NCBI GenBank assembly: GCA_010015805.1
Contig: ML978125.1
Span: 310,001 to 374,000, forward strand
From: Rhizodiscina lignyota
Lineage: Eukaryota
Reading direction: 5' to 3'
Length of the DNA: 64,000 nt
Made by a program: the position numbers and the translations under genes. Below are positions 1 to 12,942 of this stretch, piece after piece. The notes below the pieces were generated by a model. The model saw nothing but the letters and a program-made list of their open reading frames with translations, searched no databases and was not told the origin of the DNA. How positions within the stretch are numbered: position 1 is the first letter of the stretch; each line of letters opens with the position of its first letter.

Positions 1-477
1 TTTCCAAATCATTCGGCAGGAAGGACTGGTTCAAGTTCGCCGACCTCGAGTGGATCAGCCAAGGCTTGACAGGCGCGGGAAGCTTATCTCGCCGTTTCGC
101 ATCGGAATGTCTGGGCCCTCCATATGTCATTAGGCCAGTGGAGCACTTATTTCAAATTCCTGCCCTGCGCCGGCCGGTGCTCCTTCCGACCCAAGATCCA
201 AGACGAGCTACGAGGCGAGGTAGCTAGGGAGGGCATTGTGTTGATCAACCCCGCATAGCAGCGCCGCTCCAACCTCCGGTGACGCGGATAATGTGTGTTT
301 GCAATGCCCTAAGTATAAGTGCAGCAGGTATAAGTACCGGAACGTTCCCAATTCAGGTTCTGAACATTTTCTGTTACGTTGTTAATCCACAACTCTCCAA
401 TTGAGCCATCCCACGACACTTAAGTGCAAAATATCTATTGTCCCAATCGTCTTGTCCAACTTCTCAATTCAACCAAA

Positions 478-1052
478 ATGCCTTCCGGGTCCTGCTTCTG
501 CGGCGAGACAGGCGTCTCCTACACCGGTGATGTTGCTATGAAGGTTGGTGTAATCTGTTTCTAAAGAATCTCCAATTCTTCATCTCAATTTGCCCTCGCC
601 ACAACTGCTCGAATGTCAATGGGAAGGTCCTGACAACTAGATGTAGGCGCTCTGTCACTGCAACGATTGCAAGAAGATCACCGGTTCCGTGTTCTCTACC
701 AACATTGTTGTGCCAGGCGAGGGATTCGAAGTTAAGGGTAGCCCTAAATCGATCTCCAAGACCGCAGATACAGGGAACGAGATTACGAGCTACTTCTGCG
801 GCAACTGTCCGTTCCCATCTCTCCAACTGCAACCCGGAGCTTTGCTGATATTTCACCTTTGCACTAGGCGGTACAACTCTATATCGTGACGGCGCAAGTT
901 TCGGAACCATGAAAGTCATCAAGGCCGGTGTCATGGACGATGCGGATATCATAAACGGCACCGCAAAACCCGATGTTGAGTTGTATGCTCCATTGAGGAC
1001 CGCTTGGCAGCCAAAGCTGGATGGTTCGGCGGATAAGCAGAGCATGTCATAA
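478..1052 (+). CDS. GFA/Mss4-like (glutathione-dependent formaldehyde-activating family) zinc-binding protein, 3 exons
   Basis: ATG at 478 gives MPSGSCFCGE…; after a GT-AG intron …ALCHCNDCKKITGSVFS…SYFCGNC; after a second intron GTTLYRDG…IKAGVMDD…ELY…W; TAA at 1050-1052. This is the GFA Cys pattern (CxC, CHCxxC, FCxxCG). Confidence 0.85.
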
Positions 1053-1606
1053 ACCTCGATTCTTCGCTGATCCAACAAATACTTGTGAGAGAGGTGATTG
1101 GAACGCGCGCAAATGTGGAGGACATATGTCACCATATTAAACACCAGCTTTTTGAAAAAGGAATATCAAATATCTAAGATTATGAATCTGCGGGATGTCG
1201 CACAGCTATATTTCAAATTGCGTTCCGCGCCCGCGATCCGCCTAATACGACGATTTCCAAAAAGAAAAGCACTACAATTCCAAAGATTGAGTTAACAGCT
1301 CGTTAATGGACATGGTAAATCAAATGGGTTCGCCGCATCACGGGTTCGCAAGTATTTTATATGCCTTTCTTATTTCCAGTTCTCCTTCAAATGGCCATTG
1401 CACGTATTCATACTAGCAGAGATTTCGGTATGGAGCTTCTTGTCCTCTGCACGACAGTATTACGTCTCGAATAACTCGTACTAAGAATAGAGACACACCA
1501 AATCCATTTTCATCATAAAGGTAGCCACGGCGCGGCCATCGTCAAAGCACCATGCCCAGATCGCCACAATCCAACACAACACGCAGTAAGCCAACAAACT
1601 CTGTCA

Positions 1607-4600
1607 CTACACACTCTCGCTCCCATCATCCTCAGGAATATCTTCGAACTCGACAATACGTGACCTCAGTCCTCCCCCACGTCCGGCGCTCACAGGAATA
1701 TTACTCGATCCGTCCTTCCGTCCATGTACAGGCGTCATACTTCCTTTCCCTCTGGACCCAGCTGTCCCACGAGCAGAGAACCCCTGAGCTCTGAGTTTCC
1801 GCTCAAAAGGGGTGACGCCGGGCGTGTCCGGGCCAGCCAGTCCTCCACCTGTAGCAGCAGGTGGCGCCGTGCGTGCCCCCACGCGTCCGAACATGCCAGA
1901 TGTATCGATCGTGGATTGTCCCGGCGTTCCAGGGCCAGTAACACCGCCCGCACTCAGCGCAAGAAGCCGTTCTCGAGCTTTACTTCTGGCAGTGTTGCGT
2001 CTGGAGGGAGTGCGGAGATATCCCGGGAGAGGAGTAGATGTAATCAAGCCCTCCGCATCTCCGAGATCAAAGTTACGCTGCAGGTCGCCGAGCTGGAGGG
2101 CGGACTCGTCGAAAGCGGTCCATTCTTCTGCGCGAGCCATGGAGGCGTCGCTTGGAATGTGCGTGTCATCGGCCCCACCAGTGCCTTCATAGTCAAGGGC
2201 CGTGAGATCGTTTCTGCCATCGAGTCCTGTAATGTTGCCGATACCACCACCTTGATAATCGTCTTCATCGCCGCCGAACTCTGCAGCACTTTCAGGATCA
2301 GTGCGCTGGAGTCGGGCAATGGCGGCTCGCTCGGCCCAGTACCGCATCATGCTTCTGAGATGGCTGTGCCAATGCTTATCTTTGAGTGCCAGGGCGTTTT
2401 GCGCGAGTCTCCGCACTTGGAAGAGTCGCCATCCCAGTTTCGTGAAGAGCTTCTGTGCAGTAATAGCGCTCATTTCTGCTTTGAAGTTCAGGGCTTTGGC
2501 ATCCAATTGTTCAAACCTTCCATGTGTGGCCACAAGTTTGGTGACCATCACTCTGAGGAGATGAGTTTGGCGGTACGAGACCGCTTGAGCAGACCACTGT
2601 GTGATTTGCTGGCTCTTCTGGCGCCAGTCCGCAAACGCCTTGATAGCAGCTCCCATCGTAATGTTCTCTGCTCTCTCGACCGCGTTTCTCTCCATAGCTC
2701 GGATGGTATCAGCTTTGGATCGCCATCGGCTGACCATCTCCCGGACAAGATTCATCTTGCAACGTCTTCGCACAGTAACATAAGCTTCTCGCCTGCGCTG
2801 CTTTTGGCTCTGCTCTGTCGCACCATGCCAAAGTTTGATGGTGTTGGTAGTCAGGATATAAAAGCGAGCGGCAGAGGCCTGCGATTCCATGGCCATGATA
2901 TCTTGTGTGCGACTATGCCAACGGTTGAATCGCTTAGGTATGGCATGCGAGCGGAATACGTCAATAGCCAACGCTTCGTCTTCTCGGTAAGCATCAAAAC
3001 GTCCCCGCCAGCGACTGAACGTGTCTCGAAGTATGATGTGCGTTTGTGCCTGCTGAAAATTCGAGACAGCTTGCTGTAACGCTGAAGCTCGCTCGCGGGT
3101 TCGAGTCGACCAATGTTCTGTCCATTTATGCAGCAACTTGTAATTCCGGACTCTTGCGAACATGGAAGCCTTGGATGCGATCGAGAGTCTGTATAGAGCT
3201 TCTATGGTGACTCGGTCATCGATGCGGCGGGAGAGCCACGAGCAGCGGAGTTGATCGTCCCATGAGGTGAGTGCATTACGAAGGAGACGAAGTCGATTAA
3301 CCTCTGCGGCTTGCTGAGATTGACGAGCCCTAAGATGCCATTTTCGAAGAGCAGAGAGTACGATCCGACTATCGACACCACCAGAGATTCGATGATAGGC
3401 TGGCGCAAGCTTTGCCTGGATCGAGAAAGTTGTTAGAGTGTTAGATAGGAGCTTTCGCCTTCGGAAAGCCTCTGCTGTATCCTCATCGCGGCGAACCACT
3501 TCCAATCGCTGCTGCCAGTGCTCCAGAATCCGCCTTTGTTCATCGTGCACTCTCATTTGCTCAACCAGGCCTTCTCTCTGCTTCATCTTCCAAACGATGT
3601 ACCTCCATCTGCGGAAGAAATTCCTTCTGATCCGATCTTCCGCAAAGTACCTTGCAGAATGCTCATGGAATTCCCAGAACCATTTCCGGTAGACGCGAGA
3701 CACTAGATTCTCCTCATAACACCCAATCGCCAGGTCGTCGTTTTTCAACACAGCAGCCGTTCGCCGCTTCCAGACACCAAAGAACTTATTCAGTCGTTGT
3801 CTTCGGACCTTGAGCTCATTTACAACTGTAACATCTCTCCAGGCATTGAAGAATTTGAATCGAAGCATGTGGCGCCTTGCTGTTGCAGTTCTTGCCACGC
3901 GCTCTCTCGCAGTGACTGCCCAGTGCTCAAAAGCCTTTTCCATTATATGCAAATTGTAGAGTCGCTGCACCCTTCTCTCTTCACGAGCATGTGCGCGTTC
4001 CACGGCCCTAGCCTCTTGCTTATCCCGAAAAGTAAAGTAGAGGCTTCCAAGAGCAGCCCGGAAAACTGACCTCCTGTCGAACGCTTCCGCCATGCGTGAC
4101 AACTTCTCGTGCTGATCCGATAGCGAGCGCGCTTGATCACGCCAGTGCCAGAACCATCGGCGTTGTAGCCGAATATTGCTATGATACTGGAAGGTGTCCA
4201 CATCGGCCAACATTTGCGTCTCTGATGGGTGGTATTGGATCTCTGGAGGAAGTGCCTTTCTGTCAATTGACGCTTGTGATGATCGTCGTGATCTCGAGGC
4301 ATTCCGCGAAGTTCTGCTGCGGTTGCTCGCAGATTCGGCTCTTCTGATAACCTGTATACTGCCCTGGCTAGAAATCGACGCACTTCGTGGCCTGCGTTGT
4401 GAGTGAAGATTATCGGACACTGATCTGTTGTTCACCCGGCCTCTAATCGGGAGCTGTTCCAAGAGGTGACGACGGTCTCCGATTGACCGTCTGCGCTCAC
4501 CTGAAGGATCGCTCGCTCGACTGGACGCGCGCCTGTGGCCAGTTGGTCGCTCAGGTCGCGGAGATGAATCGTCCAGATTCTCTCCCGTCTTCCACGCGCC

Positions 4601-5088
4601 GGCTTCGTAGATCGAATTGAACGACGTGCGCCGTGACTGCTGTCGGGATCCCCTAGAAGAGCTGATGCCCTCCGCTCTGCCTCCGTTCTGCGTTTCCTCC
4701 TCCTCCAGTGGACGCGTGATATCGTCGACTCCCTCATCATCCATATCGAAGTCGACCACGATACCCTGTGACGAAAGCAAGTTCTTGAACCTGCTCGCCA
4801 ACGTATCCGTGTCGGCGCGTCCGGCGACCATGCGCACGAGGAATCGAAAGTACTTTTGCCCGTCATCGTGTGATATGTTCTGCTCTGTGAGAACCGCATC
4901 GTAAGCGGCGAAGAGGCCGGGACCGAACGGCGGTCCTGGGGCCTTGTAGGCGCGTTGGATGATCTCGAAAAGGGTTTCGATATCTACTTTTTATTAGCGT
5001 CCGCTTTTCGAGCCGCTTCAAAGGCAACTTGATCGGTACCGTCATCGCTTAATTCGGGAAAGTCATCATCGATAGCTACATTGCTCAT
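1607..5088 (-). CDS. SFI1: Sfi1 spindle-pole-body centrin-binding protein
   Basis: The 1076-aa ORF has many Trp-containing Sfi1-like repeats (F..WR/W..W) and a C-terminal STPLPGYLRTPS motif. It extends upstream in frame (…LFAAYDAVL…YFRFL) to an intron at ~4984-5039 and a first exon MSNVAIDDDFPELSDD, with ATG at 5088. Confidence 0.85.
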
Positions 5089-5173
5089 TTGAGGATGTTA
5101 TCGTCCGACCTCGCACGCTGCTCATCCGGTGCAAGCGCGAAGTCCGCATATGCAAAGGTGTAGACGTTATGCG

Positions 5174-5261
5174 ACGCGTAATTGTGAAATCGTGGATCTC
5201 ATGAAGACATAAATACATTACTGCAAAGACACAAGCAATTGAAGCGAAAAGGGGAACGCGT
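5174..5261. promoter_or_regulatory. Two MCB (ACGCGT) G1/S cell-cycle boxes upstream of SFI1
   Basis: ACGCGT at 5174-5179 and 5256-5261, plus ACGCG near 5278 and 5336, all within 250 bp of the SFI1 start. SPB genes are typically MBF-regulated. Confidence 0.5.
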
Positions 5262-5738
5262 TCGAGGTGGAAGAGCAACGCGCCGTCGATTGGTCGCGGA
5301 TACTGCTAAGAATGCGGGCGGTTGTGGTCGCGTAGACGCGGCCAAAACTCAGAAAGCGGTCACCGTAGTCCACCTCCGAGTAATGGCACGAGCTTAGCTG
5401 TCCCTAGCTTTCTGATTTCACGCCTGAAATGAGAGACGTAGAAATTCATGCAGGTGATTCTGCGAGTGAGTTGTCACCGTATTAAAGACATATTTACAGA
5501 GAAGTGTTCAATCCATTAAATAGTGCGCAGCTTCGCTCTGAGTTGAGTGGAGTCATTTTACACGGACAACGTCCATATGAACCTGCATTCAAAAGCCCCG
5601 ACTCCGAACGCTGTGCAATGAGATGGTGCAGACCATATCCCCATCATATGATATATATGTCCTTAGCGGCTGTTTATACAATTCCGTGAAATATGTAAGA
5701 TACCAGAACGTTATCTGGCCTTCAGCGCCACTGGCAGA

Positions 5739-6163
5739 TCATTTCGTACTTGTGTTCGGCGTTTGGGTTGATTGTGCTGGTATTGGAGGCGGCTTGACAT
5801 CTTCGAATTCGTCTTGCGAGATGGCTTTTATTGTGTATGCATCTGGACGAGATGTTAGTAAAGCTTCATATGATCGAAATCCTCTTTGTCCATCGTCAAT
5901 GCAAGGTGGATCCCCCCAAATCATGATTGCACAACAGCGCAGAGGAAGCTTTCTGCTATAGAATGGGATCACTTACAGACACCAATGGCGAAGCTGAAGA
6001 TACAGACGCCGGTGATTATGTTCTTGACGAGGTAAGGTTGTCGCGCTCGAATGAGAGCTGGGCCTTGCCGATATTCTCTGTCGTAGTACGATGACCGAGG
6101 CCTGTGACGTGCGATTAGCTTCGCATAGCACTACCTGGCACTCTGGGCTACTTACAAAACCAT
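5739..6163 (-). CDS. COA3: Cytochrome c oxidase assembly factor 3, 3 exons (~78 aa)
   Basis: Exons 6163-6156, 6101-5977 and 5842-5739 have canonical GTAAG…CTAAY…CAG introns. They splice to MVLPRSSYYDREYRQGPALIRARQPYLVKNIITGVCIFSFAIGVYAYTIKAISQDEFEDVKPPP…, matching the Coa3 signature RARxPYxxKN…YxYTIxAxxQDxFxDV. Confidence 0.9.
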
Positions 6164-6517
6164 TTTGAGTGCTTCACGAGGGTTGAATCTGTATAATGCG
6201 GACATGAATTTCGCGAACGTGAGGCTCCTCGGGCCCATGCCGCCCGGGCTTGGCAAGCGCCATCAAACCTTGCCTTGAACAGAACCCGCGCCGAGGCCAC
6301 GCGCTTTGATCTTCCAACCGTACTTTCACGCACGACAACACAAAGCACCCTTTGCCAATTCCCCAAATCGCAGCTCTATTACGTCGCAGCACGGATGAGG
6401 CAGAGCATGGGGAAGCTAGATCCTGCAGCATTTCCCTATTCTACTTCAGAGATAGCTAGACCGTGATTCTTCGCGTGACGCAACGACTCTGACAAGCTTC
6501 AATCACACGACTCAACA

Positions 6518-9177
6518 ATGGCTGCTCCAGCCGTCCAGACACCAGCGACCGTCGATCCCCTCCAGCAGCTCATCACGGCGCGCGACATCGCCCTCAAAAA
6601 CCCTCCAGTCTACCTTCAGATCGTGCCCTCCATCCTCCCCATCATCGGTACTAGTGCCACACTCGACTTCCGCAGATGGGGTGCCGAATTCCTTGCGGAA
6701 ACGTTTGCAAGCCCGACGCTCGGAGCGGAGGACAAGGCAAAACTGGCCCTTAAAGCACTGCCGTTGCTGAAGGAATACCTGGAGGCGCCTCGAGAGGACG
6801 AGTGGGTGGTCAAGAGTACGGTTCAGTCAGCTGCGAGCTGCTACCCACTTATATTCAGATACATGTACGTGATAATACTCCATACCCTGCTAATACCCGT
6901 TTAGATTAGATTTGCTGGACCTAGTTTCGTGGTTGCCAGCCCATACACCTACAGCTGCGCTCTACCTACCTCTGCCCACGTATGCAAGTCTTAGTAGTAG
7001 TTGAATTTCTCATGTGTGTCCTCATTGCAGTATCGATCATGCCACCGATGGCGCAATATGGCAAACCATGGCCGCCATAAAATCAAACATTCTGCGGAGA
7101 ATGGACAGTGCTCCACCCGGGGTTCGAGTGTGCTGCATCAAATTTGTCCAGCGTGTCGTGCAGACGCAGACTCCTGGTCTGATTGCAGATCCACGGGTAC
7201 GACTATATCCAGCTGAAACCATCAAAGTTGCTTCATCATCTAATCATGACGTCCAGCGTCCTGATCAAAATGAAATCTCTCTTGCCTTAGTGCCTCGAGA
7301 CCATCCCCTGATCCCCCCTCCGAATCTCGAGGCCGAAGCATCTGGTCTTCTTGATCGCCTTCTTAGCATTCTCCAAGAAAATTCAAGGTTCGATGCTTCC
7401 GGTTCTCATGCATCATCACGTGTTCTAATTTTCATGAATAGCGATGCATTGCTCGTCACAGCCACTCTCAATTGCCTTGGGAGCCTTATCCGAACTCGAG
7501 CATCTATTGCCAATAAAATCATCACTACCGTTTTGAATTTCAACCCCTTGAAGCTCGCCAACGCTCCAATGACACCACGATCCCGCGTCATGATCAGATC
7601 AATGGAACGGACCACCAGGGCCTTGTTTATGAGTGTCGTCAAGAAGTACGTTTCCAGCAACCTCAGAACGCTGATACCCCTTACTAAACAGTTTCCAGAA
7701 ACCCCAACCATCCAATGGCCGGTCGCATACAACAATATCTCGAACGCCTCCATCAATCCCGCGCTGAAATATTCGACGAGACTAGCCGCAAAAGAGCTGC
7801 TCCCGCTGAGCCAACAGATGGCCTCGACAACGCCAAACGCCAAAGGCTTGGAGCCACGGAACCGGGCCAGTCACAATGGCCTCCTCCGCTACCACCTCCA
7901 CCTGTGACCATTCATCAGCTCTTTACTTTAACCACTGATGAGGGCGTCCGCAACTTTGACGTCCAAGTCATCCCTGTGGATCTCGTCATCAAGATACTTA
8001 CTGAACTGCTTAGAACCATTGACCAAAGTGCAATGGACAAGGCTATCAATGCCATCAGAGCGCGATATCTCACCTTGGCCTCCCCATCCGCCCACACAAG
8101 CCTCACTGTCCCGCCGGCTAGTCGCATGGCAATCGATGACGATGACGACGATGACGAGTATGAGCCTGACTACGCACCGACAGAAGATGCAGAGCAGATC
8201 AGCAACAGATTGGATCAAGACGCTTCTGCCATTGACGCTATGCCACCTGAGATGGCATTAGGACCGTTTAGGTTGCCGACACCGCCTCCACTTTCAGATC
8301 GCGAAACGGTGGAGTTGAGCAGAGGCACGATTAATCGGGTCTTCGGTATGATGAACGCGCTAGATGATCCAAACAACAAGAAAGCGCAGCAGAAGTCTGG
8401 GTTTAATCGGCTTGCGGCGCGTAACTATGACCGCGATGCGTGGATTACAGTCATCTCGCGCTTGGCAACACGTGCGGCTGCAGGGTTGGAAGAGAATGAT
8501 GATGGCATTAAAAAAGAAGAGGCGTCAAATGGTGCCGTGGTGCGTAAGAACAAGATGAACTTCCAGCTTGCGGACTCAATACGAGAGGCATTGAGTCTGT
8601 ACGTGGTGCAAGATTTTAGGAGACGCATTGATGTTGCCGTCTCTTGGCTGAATGAAGAATGGTACAGCGACCGCATTCAGCAGTTGGATTATCAAAACCA
8701 GCTGGCGAATCGCACGGACCATTCTACGGCTGATCAATCGAATGACGACATAAAAGAGCCGGTCAAGCATTATGAGAAGTGGTTGCTGAAGATGATGGAT
8801 GGATTTCTGCCGTATCTTGACGCGAAGGACAAAGTGCTCATTCGGTTCTTGAGTGAAGTTCCGGAGCTCACGCAAGGAGTGTTTGAGAGGGTGAAGAGGC
8901 TGGCCAAAGATCCGGAGAGAGTGCAACTGGCGGTTACCTCCCTTCACTACTTGATCATGCTGAAACCGCCTGCACGAGAGAAGGCCATTGACGCTGTGGA
9001 GGATCTTTGGAGGAACTGTACGTGTCTTAGCCTCTTTGATCTCTTCATGTATTTTTGGTGGCTGACAGATCTGCAGATTCAGATGCAAAGGGAGCGGCGG
9101 CGAAAGTCCTCACGAAATGGAGACCGCATATTCTGCAGGAGGAGCCAAATGGTGCTGCTATCAAGGCTGAAAGTTAA
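6518..9177 (+). CDS. PTA1: mRNA cleavage/polyadenylation factor subunit Pta1 (symplekin N-terminal homolog), multi-exon
   Basis: ORFs at 6518, 7014 and 7715 join through GT-AG introns. Motifs include RRWGAEFLAETF, GVRVCCIKFVQRVV, LEAEASGLLDRLL, WLNEEWYSD and LIRFLSEVP. The last exon ends with TAA at 9175-9177. Confidence 0.85.
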
Positions 9178-10170
9178 GAACCAAGCCAATGCCGAAGGCA
9201 AAGATAGAGGTGATGCATATTTCAGCTTCGGCGTGGTTGCATGGAGAGGAGTTTGGAACTGTTGGCGAGGCCATCTATGGATGGCTACATCATAATCGCG
9301 TATACCCATTATGCAGACAATACGGTTCGCCTTAGTGCTCGACATAGAGATGGGAGAGAGCTATTACCTGAGCAGAGTTGAATTAGTTCTGAATGCGCAC
9401 TTAGCATTCCCAAACGAATGCATATGGGACCCTCTGCTAGCGTGCAATGTATGGTTAACTAAGAGAATCGCAATCTGCGCAACTGAGGCGAGGCTTCGCT
9501 CTCAACCATGCTCAGATTCGTTTCCTTGAGGAGAGTTACACGATTGCCACAATGATAGCGGAGTCTTTCAGAAACATATATCTATAACAAGACTGTTCTC
9601 TTTTCGGTGATTGTTCTCTGATTCGCATCGATATCAAAGCACTGGATGATACTGCCGGTCACCTGTCTTCGTCTTGTGATATCCTTTGCTTTGATGTCGG
9701 CGCGCGAGATTGGTGGTAAATCGGACCTACCTCCGCTCCCATCGGCTGGCTGCTCCGATCCCACTTTCCATCCCTTTATTTCCGTCCCAACCTTCTACCA
9801 CCTCCTCCACTTCAACCAATCTCTCCGACCCAAGACGACGGCTACATACATGCAGACTTCACAGTTCTAGTTTGCTGAGCTACAAAGTGCATCATAGTCG
9901 ATTCGGAGTTTGCAACTTCGTCAGAGCACTTCCCACCTGTCTCCGGCCAGGCCCATCCATATGAATCTGGTTCAGATTTCGGAGATGGGGTTCGTAGAAA
10001 TACTTAAACAGCATGGATCTGAATCACAAACAGAGCACAGTGCTTCAGCAATTCAATTTAGCAAGAATTTGGCTCGTTTTGTTGATTCTTAACTGAAATC
10101 GACAACCTACTTTCTCAATGTCACTACGAACATTACACTTAAACAAGAGTCAGGCGTAACTATTCTCAAA

Positions 10171-11120
10171 ATGCACCTAAATTTAGTCAGGTGTGTACTT
10201 CCTTTACTCTTTGTGATCTATGCTGATTCGTCTCGTCTCAGATTTGCCGTGCAAAGCCCAGAATCGACACTGTGAAGGGATCATTCACGGGAATCAGTGG
10301 ATTGAAGACTTGCGCGTCGTTTTGTGTATATTCTGATCTAAGCTTCTGCCTCTAATGACATGATTAGACAAGGCTGTGGCATCCAGCGCAATGACTGTTA
10401 TAATTATCGTCTATGACGCATTCAGTTTCCGCCCCCACCTCTTTATTAAGTCTCACACGTGTCTCTCAGCTCACTGTTTTCAAGGTGTCGACATTCTCGC
10501 CAATTCCCACAACGTTCAAGTCTTCATGTCAGACTACTTCCACGGTGAAGCTCTCGGTCCGTCAATGTTCCCATCCGCCACCGCCGAAAAGCCAGCTGCC
10601 ATCAAAGCCTTCTCAGAAAACCCTACACATATCCCAACTACCATCAAAGCCACCTCCAGGGTCATGGAGAACCTCAAGGCATCATTCGGCAAATCGATCA
10701 CCGGGCTGTTCGCTGTGGGCTTCTGTTGGGTTGCCAAGATCGTGTATCTCAGTGAGAGAGACGGCACCCTGGTTTCGGTCATAGGCGCAGCACATCCTTC
10801 GTTTATTGCCCTGGAGGATGCGAAAGTTATTGGTGCGGCAATGTGCCGCTTGAAAGGATGAGGATATGGAGGTTGCGAAGAGGTTTGATGAGAACTTGAG
10901 AGTCGAAAATCATGTCCAAAATTCAGATCATTCCTTCACCGTCGTGCTCAGGTTTGACCTTCCATTCGCTCTGTGTGAATCACTTGAATCGTTTAATCCG
11001 CTCGCTGACTTGAACCAAAAACTGTATATCGTAGGTACCTTGCAGGGCTCACCGCAAATATTACCCGAGTGGCGGAAATGCGCGAAAGATCTTACATCTT
11101 ACATGTACCTACACACCGAC
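10171..11120 (+). pseudogene. Degenerate dienelactone hydrolase family gene
   Basis: Remnant motifs are GLKT/Y, IIVYDAF, QGVDILA, VFMSDYFHGE, GFCWVAK (family GFCWGG) and AAHPS. The frame shifts at ~10855 (MCRLKG* versus KDEDMEVAKRF in another frame), one donor is degraded (GCGCGT), and the C-terminal His motif is not recognisable. Boundaries are approximate. Confidence 0.7.
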
Positions 11121-11718
11121 CGCGTACATCCGCCTGGAGAACCCCGTGGAGCACGGCACGTGATTTTTCGCCTTTGTTCTCACCCCGAACGCCCCATAAG
11201 CATGGATTCGAATATTAACCCTCATCATATGGTCTCGATCATGTTTCACTGGCTTGGTTTTCAGCCCTACAGCTGATTCTCAGCTCAGCCGCAATTTAGC
11301 GAGACCAGCCTGGCCGGGTGACAGAAGTTGATATTCCCTTTCAAACTTCATTGTTTTAGCAACAATCTATCTCAACTGGCATGATCATCTCCCGCCTGGA
11401 TAGGCTAAGCTGAGCCTCCATTGACTCTGCTCGGAGAAAGCACTGGGAAAGCCTCGTCAACAGACTCACACATTTTCTTATTTGGGTGCTGAACTTCACC
11501 TGACCTTTCTTCGCTCGTACCTCTGACCGGTGACCTGACGCGGCGTTCATAATTATAGCTGTTGCACAACATGCGTGATTTTCAGCTCAGATTCTCAGAG
11601 AAGGCAACTTGGCAAGTACTTAAGCCTTTAGCTTCTTCAGCTACTTTCCTTTTTTTGGTCATATCTTCTTCTACTTGAACCTTGGCCAGCAAACAGCTCG
11701 AAATAATACACATCAGCC

Positions 11719-12942
11719 ATGACAGCTCAAAGCACTACTCCTGCAGGCATCCACCTTCCCCCCAACTTCAAGATCATTGAGGTTGATGGCAAGATCAGAA
11801 AGCAGCCTACCACAGATCCGACACCGCCGCTTGGTGTGCTCTCCAACTTCAGTGGGGCCTTCACTGGACATGGCTTCAATTTGATTTTTCGTCCTAACAG
11901 CGGACCACCTACGGGAACGACATTTCCCAATCCAATTTCACCTCCCGCACCAACGCCACCCAGCCAGAATGCCCTGGAACTGAATCTTACAACTGAAATG
12001 CTGACTTTCTCCAAGTCTATTGGCAGCATTCCCAATCGCGGGTTGGAGAGCCAGTCTGACATCTTCCTCAATGGCGTGCCGTACATGCAAGTCATCAACG
12101 ATGTCACTAACCCCAGTACCGGGAAGGCTAATGGAACGGCTACTGGCATTCACTTCGAGCCTGGACTGTGGATGCATGTGCCCGCGACTACCTCCGATCC
12201 GATCATCGGTGAGTCGCTGGTGCGTATGGCGTCGATTCCGCACGGCACGACGATCAATGCCCAATGCCTCCAGCCGACGAAAACCTTCTCAGGCCCGCCA
12301 ACATTTGCGCCGGTGGATCCAACTCCGTTCGTAATCGGCTCCAATCCTCCCAAGCTGATCCCGTTCGCCGCTCAAACAGCGTCCAACACGTCTACGCCCA
12401 GAATTCCGCAAGACCTGACCAAGTTCATTGCGGAAGGAACCATTACCCAGGACATACTGACAGATCCCAACACTGTGCTCCGCAACGCTATAAAGGGACA
12501 GAATATCACTAGCACCATCGTCTTCACTGTGGACACGACTCCCACAGCCCCAGAATTGGGCGGTGGAACTGCCAATATTGGCTTTTTGGTGGGGGCCTCA
12601 TCCGGCTCTGTCACAGGACCGAACGCTAACGCAGTCGATATGAGTGCCACGTTCTGGATCGAGACTGTCGAGCACAAGATCACGATTCCAGTCTTCAAGC
12701 CTGGACAGCAGCCCTTGAAGATCGCTGCGCCCGCCTCCCAGCCGGGTGCTCCTACGCCAACCTTCCTCGTGAATCCTCCAAAGGAGATCACCGAGCCAAT
12801 CACGATCACAGTCACTTCCACTCAGATCCAATACTCTCAGAAAGTCATCCTCAACTTCGCCGGTCTGAGCTGGCCACATATTTCCGTAGCAACTCTGGTT
12901 CCAGGATCGGATCTGGAGGTTCCGAATCCAGTTTTTCACTAA
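11719..12942 (+). CDS. Intronless 407-aa conserved protein resembling a bacterial/fungal putative heme-binding family
   Basis: Single uninterrupted ORF with good start context and C-rich codon bias. The motifs GHGFNLIFRP, LELNLT, IPNRG, IHFEPGLW, RMASIPHGTTI, GGGTANIGFL, QIQYSQ.V.LNF and WPHISVATL are recalled from a family found in bacteria and some fungi. The function call is tentative. Confidence 0.65.
   Translation: MTAQSTTPAGIHLPPNFKIIEVDGKIRKQPTTDPTPPLGVLSNFSGAFTGHGFNLIFRPNSGPPTGTTFPNPISPPAPTPPSQNALELNLTTEMLTFSKSIGSIPNRGLESQSDIFLNGVPYMQVINDVTNPSTGKANGTATGIHFEPGLWMHVPATTSDPIIGESLVRMASIPHGTTINAQCLQPTKTFSGPPTFAPVDPTPFVIGSNPPKLIPFAAQTASNTSTPRIPQDLTKFIAEGTITQDILTDPNTVLRNAIKGQNITSTIVFTVDTTPTAPELGGGTANIGFLVGASSGSVTGPNANAVDMSATFWIETVEHKITIPVFKPGQQPLKIAAPASQPGAPTPTFLVNPPKEITEPITITVTSTQIQYSQKVILNFAGLSWPHISVATLVPGSDLEVPNPVFH

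Noticed and set aside
1724..3079. 451-aa antisense ORF inside SFI1, and many similar shadow ORFs across the window
   Set aside because: They overlap well-supported genes on the opposite strand or in another frame and have no recognisable motifs.
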